64,000 nucleotides of DNA from an uncultured candidate division Zixibacteria bacterium. GTDB taxonomy: Bacteria; Zixibacteria; MSB-5A5; GN15; PGXB01. Below, piece by piece: positions 31,237-41,784 of this stretch. The DNA lies in the NCBI GenBank assembly GCA_963702205.1, contig OY969724.1, positions 640,001-704,000 on the forward strand, read 5' to 3'. Within the stretch, counting starts at the first letter, position 1. Every line of letters begins with the position of its first letter. Position numbers and translations under genes: made by a program. The notes beneath the pieces were generated by a model. That model worked only from the letters and a program-made list of their open reading frames with translations, did not search any database and had not been told where the DNA came from.

Positions 31237-31506
31237 GCATCATTCCTTCTTCCCGTATAATCGAGGTTCGGGAAAAACGTTGCGTTTGTTGGGCAAAATT
31301 TGTGGAGAGATTTTCCAAAAAGTCCGAGGAGCTGATAGTTTGGCCACATTGGGCCAGTCCAGGCGGAATTCCGCAGGTAGAACACTATGCAGCTTTTGCC
31401 CGTGGGAGACCAGGCGGCCAGCGGCCCACGGGCGTCAAGACCCCTTCCACATGAAACAGAGCTCCGCCACTTTGTAATCCATTGGTTGATTATTAATTGC
31501 ATAAAC

Positions 31507-31583
31507 TGGAGGTGGGGGGAATCGAACCCCATACTAGCGTTGTGGCACAAAGACTTACACCCTATTGTGACCAAATTGTGACC
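31507..31583 (-). repeat. 77-bp direct repeat, copy 1: tmRNA-like 3' fragment plus arm (att site)
   Basis: Minus strand 31530-31507 = GGGGTTCGATTCCCCCCACCTCCA (T-arm plus acceptor 3' strand with U70, A73). 75/77 identical to 62945-63021; ends in TGTGACCAAATTGTGACC. Confidence 0.9.
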
Positions 31584-31720
31584 ACTTTCTGCTAACCCAC
31601 AATAGTACGCACACCCCGCACCAAGCGGTCCGTTTCACGTTTATGATCCATCCCTTGTTCCTATATGACCAACCCGTGAGCACAGCATCTTTTGGCGCAC
31701 CGACATACCCGACCATGACA

Positions 31721-33265
31721 TTATCTTATCCGATTCTTTCTCCTCTTGCGGGGAGAACTCACCAACTCAGTAGGCAGCGACCAACGATGGCTTTGCTGGA
31801 CTAGCAACCCCTGCGTTGCCTCCGGTCCCCAGTTACCGGCAACATAATTAGGGAAATCACCGGGTGGAGTCGCCTCCCACACCTCAAGCACGGGCATCAG
31901 CAATCGCCAGGCCGCCTCCACCAGGTCGGCACGCATAAACAACGTGGCGTCGTTCTCCATAACATCCCAGAGCAACGTCTCATAAACATCGGGTGATGGC
32001 GTAGCAAAGCTGTCCCGATAATTAAACCGCATATCCACCGGCCGCAGCAGCATTTCCGGCCCCGGATATTTGGCTTGAAATTCCAGCACGATGCCTTCCT
32101 CTGGTTGGATTGACAGGACGAGACGAGACGGGTGCCAATCGCGGCCAGACTCAGGTGGAAATGACCGGTGCGGGACGCCACGGAATTGAATAGCAATTTC
32201 GGAGGTCTGCTGGGCTAGGCGCTTGCCGGTCCGAAGGTAGAACGGCACGTCCTGCCAGCGCCAATTGTCGACAAATAGCTTTAGAGCCACAAAGGTTTCA
32301 GTCTGAGTATCAGCCGACACGCCGTCTTCCTGTCGATAGCCGGTCACCTTTTTGCCCCTGATCCAACCCGGTCCGTACTGTCCGCGCACTGCGCACTGGT
32401 GAACTGAGTCCTGCTGAATTGGACGGACCGCGTGGAGCACATCAACTTTCTTATTGCGAATCTCATCGGCATCGAAAGAGACCATCGGCTCCATAGCTAC
32501 GAGACAGAGCAGTTGCATGAGATGATTCTGCACCATGTCGCGGAGCGCACCTGCCTGATCGTAGTAACCGCCTCGGTGTTCCACTCCCGCCTCTTCGGCG
32601 ACAGTTATGGTCACATAGTCGACGTAACGACGGTTCCAAATCGGCTCAAAAAGTGGATTGGCAAAGCGGAAGGCCAGGATGTTCTGTACCGTTTCCTTCC
32701 CCAGGTAATGGTCAATGCGAAAGATCTGGCATTCTTCGAAATTCGCAGCGAGGATGGCATTCAGAGCGCGAGCGGATTCCAGGTCATAGCCGATTGGTTT
32801 CTCAACCACAATCCGCGCCCATTCTCGGTCAAGTGCCAGTCCAGCCTTGCCGACGTATTTTGGAATTTCGCCGAACATGCTCGGCGGGGTGGCCATGTAG
32901 AAGATGCGGTGGGCTTTGGTCCCCCACTCCTTTTCCAATCTTGCGAATAGCTCGCCCAGAATCTTATAAGTCTGCAATTTCTTAAAGTCCCCTTGTTGGT
33001 AGCTGATATGCCTGGCAAACTCGCTCCACTCGGAGGTCTTAACCGTTCGTAGCCGCGAGAACTTCTTGACGCCATCGTGGAGACGCTGCCGCAGTTTCTC
33101 GTCGCTCAAATCCACCCGATCCACTGCAACGATCGCAAAATCAGCCGGCAAATTTCGGTCCTGGGAAAGGTCAAACAAGGCCGGCACGAGTTTCCGCCAG
33201 GTCAAGTCACCGGCGCCGCCAAAAATGACGAACACGGTCGGTTCAAGTTGGTCATTCGTCTTCAT
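31721..33265 (-). CDS. zwf: glucose-6-phosphate 1-dehydrogenase (second, intact copy)
   Basis: [34 protein letters not shown]. Confidence 0.97.
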   Translation of the reverse strand: MKTNDQLEPTVFVIFGGAGDLTWRKLVPALFDLSQDRNLPADFAIVAVDRVDLSDEKLRQRLHDGVKKFSRLRTVKTSEWSEFARHISYQQGDFKKLQTYKILGELFARLEKEWGTKAHRIFYMATPPSMFGEIPKYVGKAGLALDREWARIVVEKPIGYDLESARALNAILAANFEECQIFRIDHYLGKETVQNILAFRFANPLFEPIWNRRYVDYVTITVAEEAGVEHRGGYYDQAGALRDMVQNHLMQLLCLVAMEPMVSFDADEIRNKKVDVLHAVRPIQQDSVHQCAVRGQYGPGWIRGKKVTGYRQEDGVSADTQTETFVALKLFVDNWRWQDVPFYLRTGKRLAQQTSEIAIQFRGVPHRSFPPESGRDWHPSRLVLSIQPEEGIVLEFQAKYPGPEMLLRPVDMRFNYRDSFATPSPDVYETLLWDVMENDATLFMRADLVEAAWRLLMPVLEVWEATPPGDFPNYVAGNWGPEATQGLLVQQSHRWSLPTELVSSPRKRRKNRIR

Positions 33266-33270
33266 GATTC

Positions 33271-34092
33271 TCACTCCTTTTCCCCTTCCGTACGAAGCGT
33301 TTCTTTCACGACGCTCGACTCAGGACTGCTGGAATCGGATAAATACTCCGACGGCAACTGAGCTGCGGCTTTCGCGTCAAGCATCCATGTGAGAGTCCCC
33401 GGATGCGGCCGCACCAGGGTTGCGGGGAGGTCCTCACGAGATTGGGTCCCCGCAATTACATTCCGGACAGTGGCGGCCTTTTTCTCACCGGTCACAAGAA
33501 ACAGCACGGCTCGCGCACTGTTGATGACCGGCAGCGTGAGTGTCACACGCCAACTCTCCAAGCGTGGCACGAAGACCTCCCGTGCAGTTTGTTGTAGTTC
33601 TCGGAGAACCAAAGATCCGGGAAACAGCGACGCGGTATGCCCGTCCTCTCCAAGTCCCAACAGAATCAGGTCACACCGGCCGGCAAAAAGTGGTAATAGT
33701 GTCTGCAATTCTCGCTCGTACTCACGAGCCGCGATGGCTGCATTTACTTCGCCTCTTATACGATGGACATTTGGAGTAGGGATGGGGATACGAGAAATGA
33801 ACTCGCGTTGGATCATTCCGTAATTGCTGTCGGGATCATCCGGGGGCACCATCCGCTCATCGCCAAAAATAAGATGAACCCGGCTCACATCCACCGGTTG
33901 GGTTACCAGTAAGTCGCCCAAGTGCCGGTACATGCCGCGTGGCGTATTGCCGCCAGACAATGCGATAAGACAGCGACCCCGTTCATGGATAGCGGCGGAG
34001 GTTACTGCGGCGACCTCACCAGCCGCGGCAATGTTGCAATCGTCCACTGTGGGCGATATGTTTACGCTCGGATTCGGCCCCGTCCCGTTCAT
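33271..34092 (-). CDS. pgl: 6-phosphogluconolactonase (second copy)
   Basis: [33 protein letters not shown] overlap with the gnd stop. Confidence 0.95.
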   Translation of the reverse strand: MNGTGPNPSVNISPTVDDCNIAAAGEVAAVTSAAIHERGRCLIALSGGNTPRGMYRHLGDLLVTQPVDVSRVHLIFGDERMVPPDDPDSNYGMIQREFISRIPIPTPNVHRIRGEVNAAIAAREYERELQTLLPLFAGRCDLILLGLGEDGHTASLFPGSLVLRELQQTAREVFVPRLESWRVTLTLPVINSARAVLFLVTGEKKAATVRNVIAGTQSREDLPATLVRPHPGTLTWMLDAKAAAQLPSEYLSDSSSPESSVVKETLRTEGEKE

Positions 34093-35513
34093 AGTTTGTC
34101 CCACTCGGTATGAAAAGTGCCTTTGGCATCGACGCGTTCATAGGTGTGTGCACCGAAGTAATCCCGCTGGGCCTGGATGAGATTTGCCGACAGCCGCAAG
34201 CTCCGATAGGCATCGAGATAGCCCAAAGAGACCATCAACCCCGGAGCCGGCACACCTAATTCGGCGGCCTGGCACACAACTTGACGTAAGTCCTCCTGAT
34301 GCTCAATGACCTTGCGCGACAAATTGGGATCCAGCAATAGATTCGGCAGATCGCGCTTCACGTGGAACGCCGCACAGATGTCTTCCAGCAGTGCGGCGCG
34401 GATGATGCAGCCACCTCGCCAGATGCGAGCCACGGCTTCAAGGTCAAGGTGATACTCATAATTGTTTGAGGCGACCACCAGGAGCGCCATACCTTGAGCA
34501 TAGACTGTAATCACCCCGGCAAAGAGCGCTCGGCCCAGTTGCACAAGAAAAGTGTTGCGATCACCTGTTAGGCGCTGCTCGGACCGCGGATAGATTGCGC
34601 TGGCTAGTCTTCGCTCTTCCGCAAACACCGACAAGTTCCGCATCGCCACCGCCAGGTCAATCGTGGGGATTGGAACCTGTAGTTCCATCGCGCTTTGTGA
34701 AGTCCACATGCCGGTGCCCTTCTGCCTGGCGACGTCGAGGATTTCGTCAATCAATTTTTTGCCGGTCCTTCCATCCTGTTTCGCAAAAATGTGACTCGTG
34801 ATTTCCATCAAATAGCCGTTCAGTTCGCCGTTGTTCCAGGTGCTGAACACGTCATGCAGCTCGTTATCGTTGAGGCCCAGGCCACGCTTCATCAGATCGT
34901 ATGTCTCGGCGATCAATTGCATGACGCCATACTCGATGCCGTTGTGGACCATTTTCACGAAGTGTCCGGCCGAACCGGGGCCCAGCCAGGTCACGCACGG
35001 ATCGCCGTTGACCTTTGCAGCTGCGGCTTCAAACACGGGACGGACTCGCTCGTAGGCCTCCTTCGACCCACCGGGCATGATGCTCGGTCCGTGACGGGCA
35101 CCTTCTTCGCCGCCCGATACTCCCACGCCGAGAAAATGGATGCCTTTCGCTCCTAGACTGCGAACACGCTCATCGGTGTCTTTAAAGTAGGAGTTGCCGC
35201 CGTCTATAATAAGATCACCCGGATGGAGGTGCGGGAGCAGATCCTCAATGACTGCATCAACCGGAGCACCGGCGGGAACGAGCATCATGATGGCGCGCGG
35301 TCGACGGAGCAGAGCTATGAACCCTACAATGTCGTCGGCGCCGCAGACATCACGTTCTCGTGATTCCTGGCGCAGGGCGTCGACTTTGCTCGAGTCTTTA
35401 TCATACCCCGCCACCGAGAAGCCGTGGTCGGCTATGTTTAGCACTAAATTGCGTCCCATAACGCCCAGACCAACCATTCCGATTTCATAACCTTGTTGTT
35501 GTTCATTAGTCAT
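34089..35513 (-). CDS. gndA: NADP-dependent 6-phosphogluconate dehydrogenase (second copy)
   Basis: [30 protein letters not shown]. Confidence 0.97.
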   Translation of the reverse strand: MTNEQQQGYEIGMVGLGVMGRNLVLNIADHGFSVAGYDKDSSKVDALRQESRERDVCGADDIVGFIALLRRPRAIMMLVPAGAPVDAVIEDLLPHLHPGDLIIDGGNSYFKDTDERVRSLGAKGIHFLGVGVSGGEEGARHGPSIMPGGSKEAYERVRPVFEAAAAKVNGDPCVTWLGPGSAGHFVKMVHNGIEYGVMQLIAETYDLMKRGLGLNDNELHDVFSTWNNGELNGYLMEITSHIFAKQDGRTGKKLIDEILDVARQKGTGMWTSQSAMELQVPIPTIDLAVAMRNLSVFAEERRLASAIYPRSEQRLTGDRNTFLVQLGRALFAGVITVYAQGMALLVVASNNYEYHLDLEAVARIWRGGCIIRAALLEDICAAFHVKRDLPNLLLDPNLSRKVIEHQEDLRQVVCQAAELGVPAPGLMVSLGYLDAYRSLRLSANLIQAQRDYFGAHTYERVDAKGTFHTEWDKL

Positions 35514-35605
35514 AGTTTTATCTCCAAAGCGGGCTACGGAACATTGTAGAATCGGGGTTCATTGCTTCTTCTTCAGACAATGCCAGACGCGTTGTCTCCT
35601 TCGAC

Positions 35606-38218
35606 TCATTTGTGCCGTTTATTTTCCCGAATCTCCCGCTCCGCCTGCCTCCAGTCCTGAGCTGCTCGGCCATCCTTGCGCCCTCTCTGTTCGTACAGTT
35701 CATAGGCACGCTCGGCGATCTCCGGTCCCAAGTCCGACGGCGTCCGGGCCTTGACGCGATCAAGAATCCGATACGCAAGCAGCTTCACGCGGTCATTGAA
35801 AAAGAACCAAGCCAGCGCATAGCCCCAGACAAACGCCGCCCAAGCCCAGCCAAGAGGCGTCATAAATAAGCCGTACACCGCAATCAAGGTTGCCACGATT
35901 TGTGTGCCAAGCACAGCTATCCATAAGATCCGAGCGGGGCGTATGGACCAAAACGGACCGCGCGTCCTGGTAAGGAAGATCGTGAGATGTCCCGCCACGG
36001 ACAACTTCAAATACATCAGGGTCTGAATGTGTGCACGGTCGAGATGAAAAACACGCTCTCCAAGATAGAACAGGCCGAAGGCCGAGATCACCCCTACGGC
36101 ACCGAGCACCGTAGAGATTCCCAGCACCTCCCGCATGTTCCATGCCTCGGGCTGATCCTTGTAATGAACGTTGTCATAGGCAATGGACAAAATGGCACCG
36201 TCGTTGAGAAGCGCCAGCACTACGATCATCACCGCTGTCAATGGATAAAAGTTGAATATCAGGATCGACGCTGTCATGAACAACAGTACGCGCAGGGTCT
36301 CGGCGATACGATAGATGGCGTAGCTGTTCATCCGCTGAAAGATTCTCCGGCTCTCTTTGATCGCATCAATAATCACTGACAAGCCTGGTGTCATCAGCAC
36401 GATCGCCGCCGCCGCGCGCGCCGCATCCGTCGCGTCCGAAACGGCGATGCCACAGTCGGCTTTCTTCAGCGCGGGGGCGTCATTCACGCCGTCACCCGTC
36501 ATACCGACGATGTGTCCGAGTTTTTGCAAGACGTCGACAATGTGGAACTTGTGCTCGGGAAAAACTTGAGCGAAGCCGTCGGCTATCTCGATAGACTCGG
36601 CCGCAGCCGTGCTCTCTTGTTTCTTTGAGTCGCCCAGACCACTTGCATCGAGGATGTTCTCACCCATGTCTAGCTTCTTGGCGGTTTCCTTGGCGATGGC
36701 CAGAGCATCGCCCGTAACCATCTTGATTTTTACGCCCATCGCCAGCGCAGTCGAGATGGTTGCCCTGGCATCTTCGCGTGGAGGATCGAACAAGGGCAAC
36801 ACGCCCACAAACTGCCATTGCCCGTCGCCGTCGGCCCGCGCCACCCCCAGCGACCGAAAGCCGCGCGCCGCAAATTCGTTGACGGCCTTTTCGACAGCGG
36901 ACTTCACGTTTCCGCTCTCGGTCGACAATGCCAGAATCACCTGCGGTGCACCCTTTGTCACCCGGAACGTCTTCCCGTCTTTAGCTTTGACGGTGGCCTC
37001 GGTGCGTTTATGCACCGGGTCAAACGGCTGGAAGTGAATCATCTCATAAGCCCCTAACAAATCCTCGTCTTTCATTCCACCCAGAACGGCCAGATCAATG
37101 GTATCGTTGTTGTCCGCGCGCGACGCCAGTGCGCCGTTTAGAATCACTTGATCGGCAGAGAAATCGTTAACGCCAAACGGATCGCCCAGTGTAAGTTTGT
37201 TCTGCGTCAGCGTACCGGTCTTATCCGCGCACAGTACGTCCACGCCCGCCAATTCCTCGATGGCCACCAACTTGCTGACAACCGCCTCCTTTTTGGCGAG
37301 TAGGCGCGCGCCGACAGCCATCGTAACCGACAGCACTGTCGGCATCGCAACGGGTATCGCGGCTACGGTCAGCACCAGGGCGAACTGAAGCGTTGTGAGC
37401 ATCGGATCGCCGTGAGAGATCGCTACGGCAATGATCACCGCCACCAGAGCCACCGCTAGGACGATGAGATAGTTGCCAATCTTCAGGACTGCGCGTTGAA
37501 AGTGGCTGACGGTATGCGCTTCCTGGACTAGCTGCGCGGTCTTGCCAAAGTAGGTGTTCACACCTGTGGCATATACCAGCGCGCCAATTTCACCCTGCCG
37601 AATGATCGATCCGGAAAACACAGCCTCGCCAGGTTTGCGCGTCGCGGGTAAGGACTCGCCTGTCAAAGCGGACTGATCCACTTCCACCGAATCCCCCGCC
37701 AACAAGCGGGCATCTGCCGGCACAATGTCTCCCAGGCGCAAGCGGATGACGTCACCCGGTACTAGCTCGCGCGCAGGCGGGGTGATCCACTCCCCATCAC
37801 GTTTCACTCTGGCCTTGATTGCCAGCTTGGCCTTCAGGGCCGCGATGGCGTTGCCCGCCTGGTGTTCTTCCAAGAATCCAACCACGGCGTTAGCAAGAAG
37901 CAAAAGGAGGATGATGGCAAAGTCCGGCCAGTGCCGGGCTACGGCAGAAAGGATCACGGCCACTTCGATCATCCACGGAATAGGCCCCCAGAAATAGGTA
38001 AGGAATTTCAGGAAGAGATTCGTGTTCTTTTCTTCAATCTCGTTGGGGCCAAACTTGGTCAGCCGTTTCTGCGCCTCGGCCTGACTTAGGCCATCCGGCG
38101 ACGACTCCAATTTTACCTGAAGCTCTGACATGGGAAGGGATTTAAGATCTTCCTTCGAATCGGGTTTGGCGTCTGGCTTCGATTCTGGCGTCTTGGGCTT
38201 GTCGGTCTCAGATTTCAT
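35606..38218 (-). CDS. plasma-membrane proton-efflux P-type ATPase (P3A) with a C-terminal DUF2934-like tail
   Basis: FWGPIPWMIE, TGES, IPVAMPTV, DKTGTLT, KGAPQ, MTGDGVND, LLNDG (proton-site Asp). Confidence 0.95.
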   Translation of the reverse strand: MKSETDKPKTPESKPDAKPDSKEDLKSLPMSELQVKLESSPDGLSQAEAQKRLTKFGPNEIEEKNTNLFLKFLTYFWGPIPWMIEVAVILSAVARHWPDFAIILLLLLANAVVGFLEEHQAGNAIAALKAKLAIKARVKRDGEWITPPARELVPGDVIRLRLGDIVPADARLLAGDSVEVDQSALTGESLPATRKPGEAVFSGSIIRQGEIGALVYATGVNTYFGKTAQLVQEAHTVSHFQRAVLKIGNYLIVLAVALVAVIIAVAISHGDPMLTTLQFALVLTVAAIPVAMPTVLSVTMAVGARLLAKKEAVVSKLVAIEELAGVDVLCADKTGTLTQNKLTLGDPFGVNDFSADQVILNGALASRADNNDTIDLAVLGGMKDEDLLGAYEMIHFQPFDPVHKRTEATVKAKDGKTFRVTKGAPQVILALSTESGNVKSAVEKAVNEFAARGFRSLGVARADGDGQWQFVGVLPLFDPPREDARATISTALAMGVKIKMVTGDALAIAKETAKKLDMGENILDASGLGDSKKQESTAAAESIEIADGFAQVFPEHKFHIVDVLQKLGHIVGMTGDGVNDAPALKKADCGIAVSDATDAARAAAAIVLMTPGLSVIIDAIKESRRIFQRMNSYAIYRIAETLRVLLFMTASILIFNFYPLTAVMIVVLALLNDGAILSIAYDNVHYKDQPEAWNMREVLGISTVLGAVGVISAFGLFYLGERVFHLDRAHIQTLMYLKLSVAGHLTIFLTRTRGPFWSIRPARILWIAVLGTQIVATLIAVYGLFMTPLGWAWAAFVWGYALAWFFFNDRVKLLAYRILDRVKARTPSDLGPEIAERAYELYEQRGRKDGRAAQDWRQAEREIRENKRHK

Positions 38219-38231
38219 TATGCGTATCCTT

Positions 38232-39371
38232 TTACGGTTTTGAATCCCCTATATCCAGGTTGTTAGCCTTCGCGTCGGGCAGGTCTGCGGCACCTTCCAG
38301 CGGTACAAAGTCTGGCAGATCAAGGCGAGCCACTCCGATGCGGTTATCGGCCATCCCATAGTAGATGTCAAAGCAATCCGGTAAGCCGAGATCGTCGCGG
38401 CGGTCGATGCCGGTGGGGAATACGACGTTAGGGACAGTCCCTCGGCGCTCTTGTGATAGCATCGGCGACAGCACCGGCTCCGACGAACGATAGCGAATCA
38501 CGCGCGGATGTTCTTTCGAGAGGAACATCACACCTGCCGAATAACACAGATGATGTCTATCATTATCCGAGGCTGTGATTTCGTTCACTCCATGGTATAT
38601 GATCAGCCAGCCATGACGGGTCAAGATGGGAGGAGTACCTCCGCCGATTTTGAGTCGCTCCCAGGGTGACACCGGAGTTGCCAGCCGATGATGCGAATTA
38701 AACAACCCCAGACTCTGCTGCTCACGGCCGTCCAGTGCGATCGGGCAGTAGGAGATCCAGATGCTCTCATGATCGAGATCAACCTCTCGCGACGCGGACT
38801 TACCAGCCGTCTCCTCAGGGCGAGTTCCGGGAAACAGAGGTCGATGCAGAATGGCCATCTGCATCTTCCCCGCGTGGTTGGGTATTGCCACGGGGAAAAT
38901 ACTGGCATCTTTGTCATCTACGTGGACGAAATCAATGCCATGAAACGGAGCAAAGGTCGCCAGCCCAAGTCGCTTCCATTGAAACAAATCCGCCGATATT
39001 GCCAGAGCTATCCGAGGGCCGATGGGCGAGAGCGCCGTATACGTCATCACGTAACTTTGGAGCCGTTCCACATACGTGATGCGCGGGTCTTCGCAGCCAC
39101 CGCCGCCATCGGGCAGCCGTTCATAATCCGTCTCTGGCTCGAGAGCAATACCAAGTCTCTCTACACCGGACGGATCACCAGCGCCATTAAACAGAACTCG
39201 AGCGATACCAATGCGAGAATAATTGCCTTTCGCGACGAGCCTCGGAAAGAGGTAGAGTTCGCCATCGCGGCCACGCGCCGCCGCCGGATTCAGGACACCT
39301 TCGGTCTCCAGCGGATTACCCGGCTCCGGTTCCATGATCTGTCCCAGGCGCACCAGTTGAAAGTCGCTCAT
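38232..39371 (-). CDS. GH130-like glycoside hydrolase/phosphorylase
   Basis: GVLNPAA, GCEDPRI, DKDA..FP, LHRP, KIGGG.PP, YHGV, NVVFPTG, YYGMAD. Confidence 0.88.
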   Translation of the reverse strand: MSDFQLVRLGQIMEPEPGNPLETEGVLNPAAARGRDGELYLFPRLVAKGNYSRIGIARVLFNGAGDPSGVERLGIALEPETDYERLPDGGGGCEDPRITYVERLQSYVMTYTALSPIGPRIALAISADLFQWKRLGLATFAPFHGIDFVHVDDKDASIFPVAIPNHAGKMQMAILHRPLFPGTRPEETAGKSASREVDLDHESIWISYCPIALDGREQQSLGLFNSHHRLATPVSPWERLKIGGGTPPILTRHGWLIIYHGVNEITASDNDRHHLCYSAGVMFLSKEHPRVIRYRSSEPVLSPMLSQERRGTVPNVVFPTGIDRRDDLGLPDCFDIYYGMADNRIGVARLDLPDFVPLEGAADLPDAKANNLDIGDSKP

Positions 39372-39373
39372 CC

Positions 39374-40150
39374 CTATTCCTCCCCATGACATTCTGTAGA
39401 ATGAAGGTCATCCAGACAAGCGATGATCGCCTCAATCACGCGTTTCGACTCGTTTGGATCTCTGACTTTAATGGAAACAACACCTGCTTGTTCGACGGGA
39501 TAGTCGTTTCCACCCGGAAACAAAGCATCACCGACAAAAACCATCTCCTGAATCGCGATGCCAAGAGTGTCCCGTAGTTTTCTTATCCCGTAGGCTTTGT
39601 CAATGCCAGGTTTGGTGACGTCAACAGATGTCGTGCCACCCAGGCGCACAGAAAACTCGGGGATAAGCTTGTCCAAAAGAGACTTTATCTTCTTCCGCTT
39701 GGCGAAGTCAGGGTCCCATTTCTTCTTCTCTTCGATGGGTGCCTGCTGCCCTAGCGCGGAGTATGTAATCTGGCTTCCCCGATCTTCAATGACCTCACCC
39801 CAAACTCTTTCGACCTTGAAACCTGCTGATGCGAGTGCCTTCTTTAGCGAACTAATGATCTTCACCTTTTCATCCGCCGTGAAATCCTCTGAATAGATCC
39901 TTTCCCAACCCCCTTCATACTGGTAGAATTTGGTTCCGCAAGTCGGAAGGAGAGATAGATTCTTCAGGCGCTTGTCGAGGGGAAGATTGGATAGCACCTG
40001 TTTCTCAAACTGTGGCCAATCCCCTCCGGAAATCACCGCTACTTTGACGATTCTGAGAAGGTTGTGAAGCAGCGCCGACATTTCGGTATCAATAGATGAT
40101 TTGCTTTCGGCAAGCGTGCCGTCCAGATCAAAAACAATTAGCTTCTTCAT
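39374..40150 (-). CDS. HAD-IIB family hydrolase, phosphomannomutase-like
   Basis: FDLDGTL, ISGG, EDRGSQIT, GGTTSVD, DKAY, GDALFPGGND, as in HAD-type PMMs. Confidence 0.85.
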   Translation of the reverse strand: MKKLIVFDLDGTLAESKSSIDTEMSALLHNLLRIVKVAVISGGDWPQFEKQVLSNLPLDKRLKNLSLLPTCGTKFYQYEGGWERIYSEDFTADEKVKIISSLKKALASAGFKVERVWGEVIEDRGSQITYSALGQQAPIEEKKKWDPDFAKRKKIKSLLDKLIPEFSVRLGGTTSVDVTKPGIDKAYGIRKLRDTLGIAIQEMVFVGDALFPGGNDYPVEQAGVVSIKVRDPNESKRVIEAIIACLDDLHSTECHGEE

Positions 40151-40153
40151 TGG

Positions 40154-41158
40154 TTATGATTCTTCCGGTAGTGAGATTTCCAACATTCTGACGAAACCAC
40201 GCACACGGCAGAAACACGCTCCCATTTCTGCTGGCAAAATCAGCGTGTCGCCTTTGCTGAATGCGTAATTGGCGCCGTTGTGTTCCAAGTGACCTTCTCC
40301 GGCGATGCACACAATCACTCGCGGCGTTCCAACAGCGCCGACCATGAACGACGAATAACCGCTAAATCGCCACAAGACAAAGTGTTCACAATGAAAGAGT
40401 CGCTCCCGAAGAACCGAATTCTCCTCCTCTACTACTGGCTCCACCGGACTGACTTCCCCTTGCGCAAAATCTATACACGCCATAGCTTGATCGATTTGGA
40501 GAGCCCGATGCTTCCCCGTCTTGGCATCGACGTGGTCCCAGTCGTAGAGGCGAAACGTCACATCGCTGTTTTCCTGCACTTCGAAAACCACCAAGTCGCT
40601 CAGCGAATGAACCGTCCCAGCCTGGATGAAGACACCGTCGCCAAGCTTTGGGGCGAAGCTTGACAAGCGATCTACAACCGTACCGTTTGCGATTGCCCGC
40701 CACATGTCCGCTGGGGTGGTGAAAGGTTTCAGCCCTGCGTAAATGCGGCTCTTTGGTCCCGCCTCCAGCACAACCCATGCTTCGGTCTTTCCGCCTTCGC
40801 CCAACGGCAGATATGTTTTTTGTCTATCCGATGGATGAACTTGGACGGAGAGCGTATAGCTAGCATCCAGGAACTTTAGTAAGAGAGGAAATCGTTGAAA
40901 TCGCCCGGCCATTGTCCCCAACAATTTCTCCGAAGACTGCTCCATCAGTTGGCGAATTGTTTTGCCTTTAAGCGGCCCATCAGCAATACGACTCTGATGC
41001 TCATCGCGGTCGCTAAGCAACCACGCTTCGCCGATTGGGCCCGTGCCCGGCAGCGGGGCCGTGAGCATATTGGCCAAACGACGACCACCCCAGAGCCGAT
41101 ACTGAAAGATCGGTTCGAATCGTAAGGGATACAGAGGGATTTGATTCATAGTACCCAT
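40154..41158 (-). CDS. manA: class I mannose-6-phosphate isomerase
   Basis: LWGG, IGEAW, FPLLLKFLDA, LSVQVHP, KTEAW, GTVH, EVQENSDVTFRLYDW. Confidence 0.93.
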   Translation of the reverse strand: MGTMNQIPLYPLRFEPIFQYRLWGGRRLANMLTAPLPGTGPIGEAWLLSDRDEHQSRIADGPLKGKTIRQLMEQSSEKLLGTMAGRFQRFPLLLKFLDASYTLSVQVHPSDRQKTYLPLGEGGKTEAWVVLEAGPKSRIYAGLKPFTTPADMWRAIANGTVVDRLSSFAPKLGDGVFIQAGTVHSLSDLVVFEVQENSDVTFRLYDWDHVDAKTGKHRALQIDQAMACIDFAQGEVSPVEPVVEEENSVLRERLFHCEHFVLWRFSGYSSFMVGAVGTPRVIVCIAGEGHLEHNGANYAFSKGDTLILPAEMGACFCRVRGFVRMLEISLPEES

Positions 41159-41264
41159 CTAGTAATTGTCCTGCCACTTCCGTCGCGACCTTGTGTTTTA
41201 CATACGCGCAATATGGAGCAAACCACCGGAAGAATGCTCATTCTCCGCGATGCTGTTGACGGCG

Positions 41265-41626
41265 TTAGACTGAGGCCAGCCACTTGCTCGCCTCAGTGGC
41301 TCTTGTGTGATCGAAGTAGCGAACTGTCGCTTTCGTGAATGGCTTGCAGAACGTCGCCATGCCGTGCTGCCACCTCCTTTCTCGACCATCGCGAGTCTCT
41401 CTATGTCGTCGAAGTGTCTAACGGCAAACTTTGTGTCCTCCCACAGTGCGCCAGCATCCCAGCCATGGAATCCGGTCATATCGAATAGCATGCTCAACTT
41501 TCCAAGTTGCTGGACTAGTCGTTCGAACTCCGGGACAAAGCGTTCGTAATCCTCTTTGACCAGCTTCCCGCTGACGTGAACAGTGAGCACATTCCCACCG
41601 TCTTCTTCAGTAAATTGAATGGGCAT
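41265..41626 (-). pseudogene. STAS/SEC14 (SpoIIAA-like) protein with a -1 frameshift
   Basis: VSGKL..EDY, FHGWD..ALWED.KF...H..DIERLAMV. Adding one base at about 41383 restores VGERRWQHGM..F.KPF....VRYF...EA.KWL to TAA at 41265. Confidence 0.8.
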
Positions 41627-41784
41627 TTGGGACTCCTTCGATTTGATTGAGGCCAATATTGTCACAGTCCGGAGACTCGTTGCAGAATTCCGCAAGCAGT
41701 CTCTCGTAACTTATCATCACGATCCCTCCGCGCACTGAGCCTACTGCGCCGACATCTGATGGACTGGCTATATGGCCCATACAA

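Noticed and set aside
31507..31530. Intact tRNA or tmRNA gene at either repeat
   Set aside because: Only the T-arm and acceptor 3' strand are present; upstream sequence cannot form the 5' acceptor strand or the D/anticodon arms, and there is no CCA.
31387..31581. ORFs 31387-31581 and 62795-63019 sharing the peptide WRWGESNPILALWHKDLHPIVTKL
   Set aside because: These are translations of the non-coding att repeat (antisense tRNA-like end), not a protein family.
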